From the NCBI GenBank assembly GCA_051658845.1, contig JBOFNI010000109.1, positions 153-64,152 on the forward strand: a DNA stretch of 64,000 bases. Reading direction: 5' to 3'. Positions 28,729 to 40,102 of this stretch are shown in pieces. Source of the DNA: Brevinema sp. (GTDB lineage: Bacteria > Spirochaetota > Brevinematia > Brevinematales > Brevinemataceae). The notes below the pieces were generated by a model that ran no database searches, was not told where the DNA came from, and saw only the letters and a program-made list of their open reading frames with translations. A program made the position numbers and the translations under genes. Within the stretch, counting starts at the first letter, position 1, and each line of letters opens with the position of its first letter.

Positions 28729-28757
28729 ATTATGCGATATTTTTTATTAATTGTCAA
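28729..28757 (-). promoter_or_regulatory. candidate internal promoter in the dnaK-dnaJ spacer
   Basis: Minus strand reads TTGACA (rc 28752-28757), 17 nt, CATAAT (rc 28729-28734), about 30 nt upstream of the dnaJ ATG. Confidence 0.4.
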
Positions 28758-28810
28758 TTTATTAAGATCGATATATAGGGGTACAATCACCCCATATATA
28801 CTAATCGTTA

Positions 28811-30685
28811 TTATTTCTTATCTTCATCAACAACTTCCGCATCAATGACATCATCATCTGCAGTTTTAGATTCTTGAGAACCTGCTTCTTGCTGTTTTTG
28901 TGCTGCAAGATGTTGGTATACGCGAGTAGATACAGGTTCTAATGCTTTCATCGCTTCTTCAATTTTTGAGGGATCATCACCATCTATTGCAGTTTTTAAC
29001 TCTTCGTTCTTTTCTTCCAGCTCTTTTTTATCTGCTTCTGCTATTTTATCGCCCTCATCTGTTAATAATTTTTCAATACCGTATTGGACAGCTTGTGCTT
29101 GATTTTTAAGCTCTATCGTTTCCCGTACTTTTTTATCAGCTTCAGCATTTGCTTCAGCTTCTGATTGCATTTTTTCAATTTCTTCAGGGGTTAGGGTGCC
29201 GGAAGATTCGATAGTGATTTTTTGTTCTTTTCCGGAGCCACTATCTTTTGCCGAAACATTTAAAATACCATTGGCATCGATATCAAAAGTAACCTCAATT
29301 TGAGGAACACCTCTAGGTGCTGGTTGTATTCCTTCTAAATTGAAGTTTGCAAGAGTTCTATTATCTTTCGCCATCGGACGTTCGCCTTGAAGTACTTGGA
29401 TCGTAACAGCAGTCTGATTGTCTGCAGCTGTAGAAAAAACTTGAGACTTAGAAGCAGGAATCGTTGTATTTCGAGGAATTAATACGGTGCTGACTCCTCC
29501 TAATGTTTCGATCCCTAAAGATAACGGTGTTACATCTAAAAGAAGAATATCGTTAACTTCCTTATTGAGAACTCCTGCTTGAATCGCTGCTCCAAGAGAG
29601 ACAACTTCATCAGGATTAACTCCTTTCGAGGGCTCTTTACCAAAGAATTTTTTAACTGTTTCTACAATTAACGGCATTCTCGTCTGTCCACCAACCAAAA
29701 TTACTTCTTTAATACTGGATTTACTCACTCCTGCATCTTTTAATACCTGTTCACAGGGAGCAATAGAACGTTCTATGATAGGACGAACAATGTTTTCCAA
29801 CTCTCCACGAGTCATATTCATATTAAGATGTTTTGGACCGGAGGCATCTGCTGTAATAAAAGGTAGATTAATTTGAGTATCCGGTTTTGAAGACAATTCA
29901 ATTTTTGCTTTCTCGGAAGCTTCTTTAAGACGTTGCATTGCCATAGGATCATGAGAAAGGTCAATCCCACTCTCTTTTTTATAATTATCAATAATATAAT
30001 TAATAATCTCAGTATCCAAATCATCACCACCTAGATGAGTATCTCCGTTTGTAGCTTTTACTTCAAAAACTCCGTCTCCAATTTCTAAAATAGAAATATC
30101 AAAGGTTCCACCACCAAAATCGTAAACGGCAACCAATTCTTCCGTACTCTTATCCAACCCATAAGCTAAAGCAGCAGCTGTCGGTTCATTAATGATACGC
30201 TCTACTTCTAAGCCAGCAATCGTTCCAGCGTCTTTAGTCGCTTGACGTTGGGAATCATTAAAGTACGCAGGAACAGTAATAACGGCCTTTGTAACTTTAG
30301 TCCCTAAATACGCTTCTGCTGCTTCTTTAAGCTTAGTTAATACTAAGGCAGCAATCTGTTCCGGAGTCTGATCTCCAATACGAGTTTGGAAAGCAACATG
30401 GTCATTGACTCCTTTTTTTATGACATAAGGCGTTCTTTCTCCAGCAACTTCTTCAAATCGATGACCAATAAAACGTTTTGCCGAATAAATTGTGTTTTCC
30501 GGATTAGTTACCATCTGATTTTTTGCTGGTGCACCAACAAGAGTATCTCCTTTTTCTGTAAAAGCAACAATAGAAGGCATCGTACGAGCTCCTTCTTGGT
30601 TTGCAATCACTACCGGCTTTCCATTTTCAATAACAGAAACAACAGAATTTGTTGTCCCTAAGTCTATTCCAATAATCTTTGACAT
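28811..30685 (-). CDS. dnaK: molecular chaperone DnaK (Hsp70)
   Basis: [18 protein letters not shown] and the full Hsp70 layout. 624 aa. Confidence 0.98.
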   Translation of the reverse strand: MSKIIGIDLGTTNSVVSVIENGKPVVIANQEGARTMPSIVAFTEKGDTLVGAPAKNQMVTNPENTIYSAKRFIGHRFEEVAGERTPYVIKKGVNDHVAFQTRIGDQTPEQIAALVLTKLKEAAEAYLGTKVTKAVITVPAYFNDSQRQATKDAGTIAGLEVERIINEPTAAALAYGLDKSTEELVAVYDFGGGTFDISILEIGDGVFEVKATNGDTHLGGDDLDTEIINYIIDNYKKESGIDLSHDPMAMQRLKEASEKAKIELSSKPDTQINLPFITADASGPKHLNMNMTRGELENIVRPIIERSIAPCEQVLKDAGVSKSSIKEVILVGGQTRMPLIVETVKKFFGKEPSKGVNPDEVVSLGAAIQAGVLNKEVNDILLLDVTPLSLGIETLGGVSTVLIPRNTTIPASKSQVFSTAADNQTAVTIQVLQGERPMAKDNRTLANFNLEGIQPAPRGVPQIEVTFDIDANGILNVSAKDSGSGKEQKITIESSGTLTPEEIEKMQSEAEANAEADKKVRETIELKNQAQAVQYGIEKLLTDEGDKIAEADKKELEEKNEELKTAIDGDDPSKIEEAMKALEPVSTRVYQHLAAQKQQEAGSQESKTADDDVIDAEVVDEDKK

Positions 30686-30713
30686 ACATGTCTCCTTTCA
30701 TAGCTCTTTATTT

Positions 30714-31301
30714 TTATGATTTTTTCTTTGCTACTTTTACTTTGGCAGTACGGATAATCTGACCACCTAACTTTCTTCCAACTTCAAACACATCTACAAT
30801 GGTCATAGAATACGGAAGATCGTCTTTTTCTTCCATCATAACCGCCTCACAATATTGAGGATCAAACTCATCTCCTTCCGCTAATTGAATCGTTTCTAAC
30901 CCAGTATCTCTAAGCACTCCCTCAAATTGAGCCAAAATCATTTCTACCCCTTCTCGAAGCGATTCGATATTATCAGATGTTTTTGCTGCTTCGATACTGC
31001 GTTCCAAATTATCAATAACAGGAAGTAGTTTTTCGATAATATCTTTTAACGCTGTTTTTTTAAAACTTTCTTTTTCTTGTTGAATACGTTTTCGATAGTT
31101 ATCTGTTTCTGCAGAAAGACGAAGGTAGGCATTTTTGAGTTCTTCTTTTTCATGTTCTAAAATAGCTATAGGATCGTCTTCCACACAATTTTCCTGTAAT
31201 TCTTCAAATTGTTCTTTTAGCTCCGATTCATCTGTCTGCTGACAACAAGAATCTTCGCAAGATTCTTCTACGATTTCTTTTTCATCATTCTTACGACCCA
31301 C
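30714..31301 (-). CDS. grpE: nucleotide exchange factor GrpE
   Basis: 195 aa with acidic N-terminus, coiled coil and GrpE C-terminal beta domain, directly upstream of dnaK. GTG start with GGAGG 5 nt upstream. Confidence 0.9.
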   Translation of the reverse strand: MGRKNDEKEIVEESCEDSCCQQTDESELKEQFEELQENCVEDDPIAILEHEKEELKNAYLRLSAETDNYRKRIQQEKESFKKTALKDIIEKLLPVIDNLERSIEAAKTSDNIESLREGVEMILAQFEGVLRDTGLETIQLAEGDEFDPQYCEAVMMEEKDDLPYSMTIVDVFEVGRKLGGQIIRTAKVKVAKKKS

Positions 31302-31440
31302 AAGGTCCTCCTCTCTACCGAAATTATTATTTTATTTATAAAATTTAATAAATTTCTATCAAAAAACAAAATAATTACTAGACTCAATTAAATATAAGCA
31401 AAAATCATGCCAACTATCATAATTACCCTAACCATAAAAA

Positions 31441-31469
31441 TTGACAATTTTCCGTTTACAAGCGATAAT
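31441..31469 (+). promoter_or_regulatory. candidate sigma70-type promoter for the HEAT-repeat gene
   Basis: TTGACA (31441-31446), 17 nt, GATAAT (31464-31469). Confidence 0.5.
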
Positions 31470-31580
31470 TACTCATAAAATTAAAAAAAATTCCGATAGA
31501 TAAAATACGAATATTTGTATTTAACTATTATAATTCGGTAAGGGAGTATCCCTTAACTTTATAAATTAAGGATTTTCTTT

Positions 31581-32603
31581 ATGAAATATATCGCCTTTAT
31601 TTTTCTTCTTATGACTAATCTTAGTTATAGTCAAGAAGATATGCTACAGGAAATGGAAACATCTGCTATAACAGATATGGAAACTCAGCAGTTAGAAAAA
31701 TGGACAGAGACGATGGAATTTGGTATTTCAGATCAACGGATTGGTATTGTCAAAAAAATTCGATTTGATAAAAATACTAATGGAATCACCTTATTGGAAA
31801 ATTCTTTTTCTTCCGAAAACAATCCTACCATAAAAGAAGAAATGATCTATGCTTTCATGGATATGCAACATAACGCCAATACAGAATTTTGGTCGGATCT
31901 ATTCGCTAATGAAACAAACCTTATCGTTCTCCAGCGAGCATCTTATGCTGTAGAACAAATGAACATACCTATTGCCGATGCGGTATTCAATAACGTTACC
32001 AATCATTTTAATGATCCTAAAGCAATGCGTTATAGTGCGGCGGCGATTCAAGCATTAGGCAAATTACAATATATAGAAGCTCTTCCAATCATTACTGAAA
32101 TTGCCACTAACACAACAAATCATCAAGATCTTAGAGGAGCATCCGTTGTTGCTTTAGGAATGTATCAAGATGAAACTTTGATCCCTACCCTTCAAGGATT
32201 TTTAACCAATCAAACAGAATCTCGTTTGATCCGCCGTTATGCGGCACTTGCTATCGGACGTACCGAGAATCCTCAAGCCGTAGAAATTCTCAGTCCTATT
32301 GCTGTCAACGAACAAGAAGAACAAACCGTCCGTCTCAATAGTATTTCTGGACTAGGATATTTAGCCAATAATGAAGACATCGTTCCTATTCTAGAAAGTC
32401 TAACTCGGGCTGATAATACGGCTGTACGAACAGAAGCTATTAAAAGTTTGGGGCGTTTAAAAGCAGGACAACAAATTTTAGAGTATAAAGCAACAAACGA
32501 CCCCGAAGCCATTGTCCGAAGAGAAGCCAAAAACGCCCTTAAAAATTTTGAACCTATCCCGACTGAAGAAGATGCAACAATTCAAAATGATATGGAAAAT
32601 TAA
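31581..32603 (+). CDS. secreted HEAT-repeat (PBS-lyase-like) protein
   Basis: Signal-like N-terminus MKYIAFIFLLMTNLSYSQ. Repeated ..R..A..ALG.l....a.p.L.. units (AIQALGKLQYIEALPII, VVALGMYQDETLIPTL, AALAIGRTENPQAVEIL, RTEAIKSLGRL). Confidence 0.7.
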   Translation: MKYIAFIFLLMTNLSYSQEDMLQEMETSAITDMETQQLEKWTETMEFGISDQRIGIVKKIRFDKNTNGITLLENSFSSENNPTIKEEMIYAFMDMQHNANTEFWSDLFANETNLIVLQRASYAVEQMNIPIADAVFNNVTNHFNDPKAMRYSAAAIQALGKLQYIEALPIITEIATNTTNHQDLRGASVVALGMYQDETLIPTLQGFLTNQTESRLIRRYAALAIGRTENPQAVEILSPIAVNEQEEQTVRLNSISGLGYLANNEDIVPILESLTRADNTAVRTEAIKSLGRLKAGQQILEYKATNDPEAIVRREAKNALKNFEPIPTEEDATIQNDMEN

Positions 32604-32859
32604 TCACTTTTTTCTAGCACCAATATATTTGAAGATAAGACAATATACTACCAAACGATAGGACTCTAAATATTGAAATATTAGTCAGATGCGTCCTTTA
32701 TCCAATCGATTCAAAATATGTTCGTATCTTCCTCACTATAATTTTTATAGTTTTATTCTTTAAGTTTGTTATTTTAATATTTTGCTAAAAAATTTTATAG
32801 TAAGATACAGACAATATATTAAATTAGATTTTACAGTTTGAGTTCCAATCTCTATATTT

Positions 32860-33735
32860 CTATTGGTAAAAATATAAATCTCTGTATTCTTTCGGTGACA
32901 TATCATAAGTTTTTTTAAACATTCTTGAAAAATATAAAGCATCTGAAAAACCAACATGTTCGGCTATATTTTTAATAGAAGTATCTGTTATCAGTAATAA
33001 TCGAGCACCAATTCCTAATCGTTGAATATTTACCCACTTCATTACAGAAATACCAAAATATGCTTTGAAATTTTGAGTGATATACCTAGGTGATAAATTT
33101 AAAGCTTTTGAAAGATCTTCTATCGTAAATGATTTATTATAATTCAAAGAAAGCCATTGCATTATTTTTTGAAATTCTCTACAGGGTAATTTTGAAGACG
33201 TTGGTAAAGAATGTATTTGATCTTGCTGAAAACTACGGAGCAAAACTTGTTCAAGTAAATTTAGTAGAAGCTGTTGATAAGTAGTATTTTCCTTATTTAC
33301 ATATGATAAATAAATTACTTCTTCAAATAAGTTACTAACATATTCAAATATTTCAGTATCCGATATTTTGGTAAAATATACCCCAGACACACATTCTTTA
33401 AATTTTAAAATATTATTCCAATGTGGTAAAGGATGAAAAAATATCCATCGATGTGTCCATTTTTCTGAGTCTTTATATCTCCCATATAAATGAGGAACAT
33501 TATTTGGAAATAATAAAACATCTCCTTTCTTTACAAGAAATTTATTGTGATCTTCCCACACTTGACCAATTCCATCCAAAGTGATATTAATAATCCATCC
33601 ATCCATACCAGATGGACGGTTAATCCACCAATCATACCGATGATCCTTAATAATCGGTGTCTCACCAGCAAGTATAAATTCAGTAAATTCATATCCAGGG
33701 AAAAGTGGATCAAATATTTTTTGTTTATCACTCAT
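32860..33735 (-). CDS. AraC-family transcriptional regulator (cupin sensor + HTH)
   Basis: 291 aa. C-terminal AraC-type double HTH (..IEDLSKALNLSPRYITQNFKAYFG....IKNIAEHVGFSDALYFSRMFKK..). Sits next to araA. Confidence 0.85.
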   Translation of the reverse strand: MSDKQKIFDPLFPGYEFTEFILAGETPIIKDHRYDWWINRPSGMDGWIINITLDGIGQVWEDHNKFLVKKGDVLLFPNNVPHLYGRYKDSEKWTHRWIFFHPLPHWNNILKFKECVSGVYFTKISDTEIFEYVSNLFEEVIYLSYVNKENTTYQQLLLNLLEQVLLRSFQQDQIHSLPTSSKLPCREFQKIMQWLSLNYNKSFTIEDLSKALNLSPRYITQNFKAYFGISVMKWVNIQRLGIGARLLLITDTSIKNIAEHVGFSDALYFSRMFKKTYDMSPKEYRDLYFYQ

Positions 33736-33777
33736 ATCTTTAGATCCTATTTATAGGTTTCTAACCTACTTATTACG

Positions 33778-35253
33778 TTATCGTAATTTCCATGAACAAT
33801 CCATTAAAAATAACTGGTCTTGGAGTATATCTGTACTGATATTTTTCCCTAGATGCACAAATTCTAGATCCATAATATAAGCAAAATCTTTTATCTGCTC
33901 TACAGTCAGATCATAACTTAAAACAGTATGATGCGCTCCTCCCGCTAAAATCCAACATTCAATCCCTGTATACAAATCTGGAAAAGATTTCCACATCACC
34001 CTCGCTACTGGAAGATTGGGCATATCCATAATAGGCTTTACACATTGAACTTCCTGACAGATCAATCTCATTCTACCCCCCATATCCACCAAAGAAACGA
34101 TAATAGCATCACCTTGTTTACCTTCAAAGACAAGGCGTGCAGGAGGATTCCGATCCCCAATACTTAAAGGATACACTTCTATTTTAGGGTTGTTATTGGC
34201 TATTGTAGGGCATATTTCTAACATATGAGATCCCAAGGTAAGTTCTTTATTGTCTTCTAAGTGATAGGTATAATCTTCCATAAAAGAAGTACCCCCTGTT
34301 TTTCCTTGACACATAGCTTTCATAATAGAGGTCATCGCGGCAGTTTTCCAATCTCCTTCTCCTGCATACCCATATCCTTTTCTCATCAAGTTTTGAGTGG
34401 CAATACCTGGTAATTGTTCCATTCCATAAAGATCTTGAAATGTATTAGAAAATGCATTACATCGGTTTTCTACTAATAATGCTTCTATAGCAATTTCAAT
34501 TTTTGCTTGATACTTTACTGCAGCTATGTTTGGAGTATTCATACTATAAACTTCTTTATATTCATTAAATAGGGTATCCATAGCGACATCGCTAACATCA
34601 TTCATTCGCTCTACTAGTAAGCCTACCGGCCAAGTATTAACTTCCCAACCTAATTTAATTTGAGCTTCAACTTTATCTCCTTCTGTAACTGCTACGTCTC
34701 TCATATTATCACCAAATCGTAAAACTTTGAGGTTTTTAGAAAAATCCACGCCAATGGCAACTCTCATCCAGCTATCTATTCTTTTTTGGGTTTGTTCATC
34801 ATTCCAAAATCCTGCAATTACTTTTCTATTCATTCTCATTCGTGTCCCAATAAAACCATGTTCTCTATCGCCATGAGCCGATTGATTGAGATTCATAAAT
34901 TCCATGTTAATTTCTTTATTAGGAATTGCTTGATTGTATTGTGTTGCAAAATGACACCATGGTTTTTGAAGTTTTTTGAGACCGTTAATCCACATTTTTG
35001 AAGGACTAAAAGTGTGACACCAAGTAATAATACCTACACATTTATCAGTATAGTTAGCTTCTTTTATTAGTTTTTCGATACCCTCACTTGTTTTGATAGT
35101 TTCTTTGTATATAATTTTATAGAAAATATTTTTGGACTTGTTAAATTCATTTACTATTTTTACAGCTCTTTGCTCGATCGTTTTTAAAACTTCATCACCA
35201 TATAGGAGCTGACTACCCACAATAAACCAAAATTCTTGTTTAGTATCTATCAT
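33778..35253 (-). CDS. araA: L-arabinose isomerase
   Basis: 491 aa. N-terminus EFWFIVGSQLLYGDEVL is typical of AraA. Length and context fit. Confidence 0.9.
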   Translation of the reverse strand: MIDTKQEFWFIVGSQLLYGDEVLKTIEQRAVKIVNEFNKSKNIFYKIIYKETIKTSEGIEKLIKEANYTDKCVGIITWCHTFSPSKMWINGLKKLQKPWCHFATQYNQAIPNKEINMEFMNLNQSAHGDREHGFIGTRMRMNRKVIAGFWNDEQTQKRIDSWMRVAIGVDFSKNLKVLRFGDNMRDVAVTEGDKVEAQIKLGWEVNTWPVGLLVERMNDVSDVAMDTLFNEYKEVYSMNTPNIAAVKYQAKIEIAIEALLVENRCNAFSNTFQDLYGMEQLPGIATQNLMRKGYGYAGEGDWKTAAMTSIMKAMCQGKTGGTSFMEDYTYHLEDNKELTLGSHMLEICPTIANNNPKIEVYPLSIGDRNPPARLVFEGKQGDAIIVSLVDMGGRMRLICQEVQCVKPIMDMPNLPVARVMWKSFPDLYTGIECWILAGGAHHTVLSYDLTVEQIKDFAYIMDLEFVHLGKNISTDILQDQLFLMDCSWKLR

Positions 35254-35273
35254 AACAAACCTCTTTAAAATCG

Positions 35274-36839
35274 TTAATTAATAAATATTTTTGATGCTAA
35301 TTTTTCAAGATCAAGTGCGGTTTTATAATTAGACATAAATAGCTCAATATCGTCGCTACTTTTATCATCCGGTACTATTGTATTGATTTTTTTATGAGAA
35401 AAAATAACTTTTTCTAAAAACAAATCTAAGTCCTGTTCTTTATTTAAGTGTGTGTAAGCACTTAAAAGAGCCATACCCCAAACACCTCCTTCACTTTCTG
35501 TTTGCATTACAGAGATAGGAATTTTTAATAGATCTGCCATGATTTGTTGCCCGATATTTTTAACAGTAAAAAATCCCCCATGTCCAAAAATTTTATCGAT
35601 TGTTATAGATTCTGTGGTTAATAGAATATCCATTCCTATTTTTAAAGTAGCGATTGAGGACAATATATGTGAGCGCGCAAAGTTCACAAAACTAAAATCT
35701 GCATTAGGTAATCTTATAAATAATGGACAACCATTTTCAACCTCTGTGATGGGTTCCCCAGAAACATAGTTATAAGAAATTAGATTTCCACAATTACCTT
35801 CTATAGCTGCAGAATACAATATTTCGTATACTTTTGTTATAGAACAATCAACACCTAAACGTTGGCTAAATTCGTAAAGTATATTACTCCAAGCATTAAT
35901 ATCTGATGTACAGTTATTACAATGTACCATCGCCACCGGTTTTCCATTAGGAGTTGCTACTATATCAATATCTCGATATATTTTTGATAATGGTTTATCA
36001 AGTACGATCATTGCAAAAATACTTGTACCCGCAGAAATATTCCCTGTTTTTGATGCAACTGTATTTGTTGCAACCATCCCTGTTCCTGCATCTCCTTCAG
36101 GTGGAGCTAAAATAATTCCTTGCTTGAGGATTCCCTTTTGATCTAAATATTTAACTCCATCTTCAGTAATTTTCCCTGCGTTTTCTCCTGCTAGTAGTAC
36201 TTTTGGCAAAATTTCGATTAATTTCCAAGAAAAATTTTTATCTTTAATCAAATGATCAAATATTTCTATCATTCTTTGGTTATAATTATTTGTTGTATGA
36301 TCAATAGGAAACATTCCAGAAGCATCTCCTATTCCCAATACTTTTTTACCTGTTAATTTCCAATGCACGTATCCTGAAAGGGTTGTAAGGAAATCAATAT
36401 CTTTTACATGCTCTTCATCATCAAGAATTGCTTGATATAAATGGGCAATACTCCATCGAAGTGGAATATTAAAATTAAGCTTTTTTGTTAAAATTTCAGC
36501 AGCTACCATTGTATTGGTATTTCTCCAAGTACGAAATGGCGTTAGAAGATTTCCATTTTTATCAAAAGCTAGATACCCATGCATCATGGCAGAAAATCCC
36601 ATCGTATTGATAAATTCAAGTTCTTCATTAAATTGTAATTTATAATCATTAGATATCTCAGAAAAACAACTTTGAACCCCCATCTTGACTGCATCTAGTG
36701 AATATGTCCAAAGTTTATTTTCAAACTGATTTTCCCATTGAAATGTACTGTGAGAAATTACCTGTGCATTTGAATCAATTAGAACACCTTTAATACGTGT
36801 TGATCCCAATTCGATCCCTAAAAATTTTTCTTTAGTCAT
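35274..36839 (-). CDS. FGGY-family carbohydrate kinase, probable ribulokinase
   Basis: 521 aa. N-terminal actin-fold phosphate-1 motif LGIELGSTRIKGVLID. Operonic with araA. The sequence looks unlike E. coli-type AraB, so it may be the alternative AraK-type kinase (inference). Confidence 0.7.
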   Translation of the reverse strand: MTKEKFLGIELGSTRIKGVLIDSNAQVISHSTFQWENQFENKLWTYSLDAVKMGVQSCFSEISNDYKLQFNEELEFINTMGFSAMMHGYLAFDKNGNLLTPFRTWRNTNTMVAAEILTKKLNFNIPLRWSIAHLYQAILDDEEHVKDIDFLTTLSGYVHWKLTGKKVLGIGDASGMFPIDHTTNNYNQRMIEIFDHLIKDKNFSWKLIEILPKVLLAGENAGKITEDGVKYLDQKGILKQGIILAPPEGDAGTGMVATNTVASKTGNISAGTSIFAMIVLDKPLSKIYRDIDIVATPNGKPVAMVHCNNCTSDINAWSNILYEFSQRLGVDCSITKVYEILYSAAIEGNCGNLISYNYVSGEPITEVENGCPLFIRLPNADFSFVNFARSHILSSIATLKIGMDILLTTESITIDKIFGHGGFFTVKNIGQQIMADLLKIPISVMQTESEGGVWGMALLSAYTHLNKEQDLDLFLEKVIFSHKKINTIVPDDKSSDDIELFMSNYKTALDLEKLASKIFIN

Positions 36840-37209
36840 TATCGTGCCCCATCATATATTTTATATTGCTCTATTATAAATCCTATTCAAATTATTATCA
36901 ATAGATAAAAAATATACTTCTATATATCTACTACCCATTATAAAGATTACAATCCCCTTATATGAGGACAAAGCTTATCTATAATAACTATTATTTCTTA
37001 TTTATACTAACGTCTCATCAATAGTTAAGCGGTAATTATTAACTTAAATACCTAGATATATATAATCTATAATAACAATATTACTCTACGAAATTTCATA
37101 CGATTCATAGAACTTAGTATTTATTTTTATATATTACTGATCAAATAGTACTCAATTAAACTAAATCGCTTTAGAACAGCATCTCCTGATATCCAATCTA
37201 GATAGAAAA

Positions 37210-39123
37210 TTATAAATCTTCAGATAAAGGAAACTCTGTAATTCTCAGATTTGTTGTTCCATAAGGCACAAGATTTATCAGATGTTCTACATGATCTAGT
37301 ATTGGTACAACGCCATCAATCACTGCACAACCATTTTTATTTATCCAGTTTTTAACCTCTACAGCTTTTCCTTTAAGTATAATAGTTGGATATTGTTTTG
37401 AAAATCCTTCTCCTAAGAATTCAATATTAAAATCATTGTGGAGAACTGTATAATTCCAAGGTTGATCAGCATGCAGTTCCCAATCTGCGTGTGGTAATTC
37501 TCTACCAGGTATATCTTGATGAATATGAATAAAATTTTCTTTAATTGGCAACGAAAAGGTCAGTGCGCCTCTCGTAAAATAACAAGATTTATTTTCTAGA
37601 CGTACGTGTCTAATAATAGGAAACTCAAAAGAAACAAAAATATCATGGATATCTTTTGTTACAACAATCTCATAGAATCCTGTTATTTGATTAAATTCTT
37701 TTACCAATCCAGTATTAGTGGTAAATATCGTTTTGGTAGACCATTTAGGTATACGAAGTTTCAATATAAAATCTCCACATTCGTTTGTTACAATCTTAAT
37801 TTTAGCAGAATCTTGAAAAGGATATGATCCTTCCGTTTGAATCTCAATACGTTTACCCTTATAATAAGTTTGAGTTTTAACAGGGACATAGGATAGTATT
37901 ACTATCCCTTTTTCATGTTTCATGATAGCTGATTGAATAAATTTTGGCCAACCTTGACTAAAGTTTGCTGTACAACAACCATAATGAGGTTCTAATCCAA
38001 AAATATTAGCGTCAGCATTATTTGTCGTCCAAGGCCACTCTCTTTTTTCAGAACATTCAATTTGATTTACTTGTTGATCATACTGATGTGCCCACATATC
38101 TCCAGTAAATGTAGCAGGAAGAGCATTAAAACAAACCTGTTCCAGTCGATCTACCCACGATGACTCACCAAATATTTCAATAATATGCTCTAGAGAGTAC
38201 ATCATATCTACAACACCACAGAGTTCAGTCCCTTGATTTGGTGACGTTCCTGCAAAACATTCATCCCCTGTAATAATTCCAACAGCTGTCCCATGATATT
38301 TATCAAAAGTGTTAAGCATTTTTTCAGGAAGAGCTCGATCTTCTGGGAGATCAAACAATCTCCAACTCAGAGCTCCACTTTTTAAAGCAAGCATTGCATT
38401 CACTATATGAGACATATAATTCCATGTACGGTAAGGAGTACCCGATTTATAAGGGAAGTATGTAACAAAAAAATCCCAATTAAATCCTTGTGCTTTTAAT
38501 TTGATTGCTAAGTCATGAAATTTGGTATCTTTTGTTTGTTCTTCATACCAAAAAATCGCTATAAAAGCTTCAAACCATCGAATATGAGACCAGTTGAATA
38601 ATGTTTCAAAAGCACTAACCTTATTATAGAGACCTACTAAACATTTTTCTATTGTTGAAACAACTCGAATATCTCCCGTTGCTTCGTGCCAAGCAATAAG
38701 GATTTTCATACCTAAAAATTGTGACCACACATCATCAGCAGTACCAGAATAAGATTCAGTTTTCATTCCTTTACAACCCAACCAACCATCCAAATCTTGG
38801 TGGGTAATTATATAATTGACATAATTTTCAATCCTATTTTGAAGAGCTTTATTTTCCGTTAAAAACGCCATCGGAATAGCCCCATCAAGCCAATAAGGTC
38901 CTCTCTCCCAACCTTCTGCATCTCCACCAAACCAGCCACTATCTTTCACATCTGGCCAAAACAAATCTAAATGTCCACTTAGTCCTTTTTCCTGTATTTC
39001 TAATTGATCTTTCAACCACCCTAACGGACGTACCTCTGTTGGTAAAAGATGCTTGAATATTAAAGGACGAATTTTTAATTCTGATTCCTCTATAATAGGA
39101 GGATTTTTAATTGCTTTTTCCAT
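37210..39123 (-). CDS. GH127-like beta-L-arabinofuranosidase (DUF1680 family)
   Basis: 637 aa. ..ERGPYWLDG.., ..GTELCGVVD.. and ..HYGCCTANFSQGWPKF.. resemble the Cys-containing zinc/catalytic motifs of GH127 (E-x-C and C-C-x-x-N). Confidence 0.65.
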   Translation of the reverse strand: MEKAIKNPPIIEESELKIRPLIFKHLLPTEVRPLGWLKDQLEIQEKGLSGHLDLFWPDVKDSGWFGGDAEGWERGPYWLDGAIPMAFLTENKALQNRIENYVNYIITHQDLDGWLGCKGMKTESYSGTADDVWSQFLGMKILIAWHEATGDIRVVSTIEKCLVGLYNKVSAFETLFNWSHIRWFEAFIAIFWYEEQTKDTKFHDLAIKLKAQGFNWDFFVTYFPYKSGTPYRTWNYMSHIVNAMLALKSGALSWRLFDLPEDRALPEKMLNTFDKYHGTAVGIITGDECFAGTSPNQGTELCGVVDMMYSLEHIIEIFGESSWVDRLEQVCFNALPATFTGDMWAHQYDQQVNQIECSEKREWPWTTNNADANIFGLEPHYGCCTANFSQGWPKFIQSAIMKHEKGIVILSYVPVKTQTYYKGKRIEIQTEGSYPFQDSAKIKIVTNECGDFILKLRIPKWSTKTIFTTNTGLVKEFNQITGFYEIVVTKDIHDIFVSFEFPIIRHVRLENKSCYFTRGALTFSLPIKENFIHIHQDIPGRELPHADWELHADQPWNYTVLHNDFNIEFLGEGFSKQYPTIILKGKAVEVKNWINKNGCAVIDGVVPILDHVEHLINLVPYGTTNLRITEFPLSEDL

Positions 39124-39124
39124 A

Positions 39125-40102
39125 TTAGATCACCTTGCCTTTTTTTGATAATTTTTCTTGCAGAATTAAGATAAAAACTAGAGTTGCACCAAACAGGATA
39201 TTTCTGATATAAATATCAATATTCCCTTGCATATTGAATATATTTTGGATAAGAACATAAATAAAAACACCTAAGAGAGTATTTTTTACAGATCCATATC
39301 CTCCTGTAATAAGTGCACCTCCTAATACAACCATTAAAACTCCATACATTTCATACCCTACTCCTGCTACAATAGCAGCACTTCCTAATCGTGAAATCCC
39401 AATCGTTCCTGCAACAAAAGTTAAAATAGAAGCAATAATATAGGCTACTATACGTGCTAATTTTATAGGGAGTCCCATATACTCCGCATACACATCATTA
39501 GATCCTGTTGCATAAATCACTCTACCTATCTTAGTATAATTAAGAAAAATATGTAGGATAACAGCAATAGTCATTGATAAAATAAATGGAATAGGTAAAC
39601 CAAAAAATATTCCCAATCCAAATGGCTTTAAGATTAAATAAACAGATGAAGAGACAGGTATAACATTCTGCTGAGATATATTTGATAGGATAAAAATAGT
39701 CCCTTGAATTCCTGAAGCAAAAGCAAGAGTAACTATAAAAGAAGGAAGTTTAGCTACAACACAAATTCCTATTAGTAATCCAATAAATATAATAATAAGA
39801 CTCGGTAGTAATACAGACAATTCCCACGAGTAATGAGTACTTATTAACGCAATCAGTATACCTGTAAAAGCATATACTGCCCCTAAAGAAAGATTTATTC
39901 CTCCTGTTAGAATAACAATGAGCTGAGCCATACCAATAAGTGAAAATACTGCATATTCTCTCATTATATTTATAATGTTTCCATAAGTAAGAAAATATGG
40001 ATAAATAATACTTGAACACACAAATATAAATAATACGATAAAAAAAAGTTTTTCTTTTAATAATATGATTTTTATTTTTGGAAATATAATATTTTTATGC
40101 AT
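39125..40102 (-). CDS. CUT2-type sugar ABC transporter permease
   Basis: 325-aa polytopic RbsC-like permease. Its start overlaps the stop of the upstream permease (ATGCATAA). Confidence 0.8.
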   Translation of the reverse strand: MHKNIIFPKIKIILLKEKLFFIVLFIFVCSSIIYPYFLTYGNIINIMREYAVFSLIGMAQLIVILTGGINLSLGAVYAFTGILIALISTHYSWELSVLLPSLIIIFIGLLIGICVVAKLPSFIVTLAFASGIQGTIFILSNISQQNVIPVSSSVYLILKPFGLGIFFGLPIPFILSMTIAVILHIFLNYTKIGRVIYATGSNDVYAEYMGLPIKLARIVAYIIASILTFVAGTIGISRLGSAAIVAGVGYEMYGVLMVVLGGALITGGYGSVKNTLLGVFIYVLIQNIFNMQGNIDIYIRNILFGATLVFILILQEKLSKKGKVI

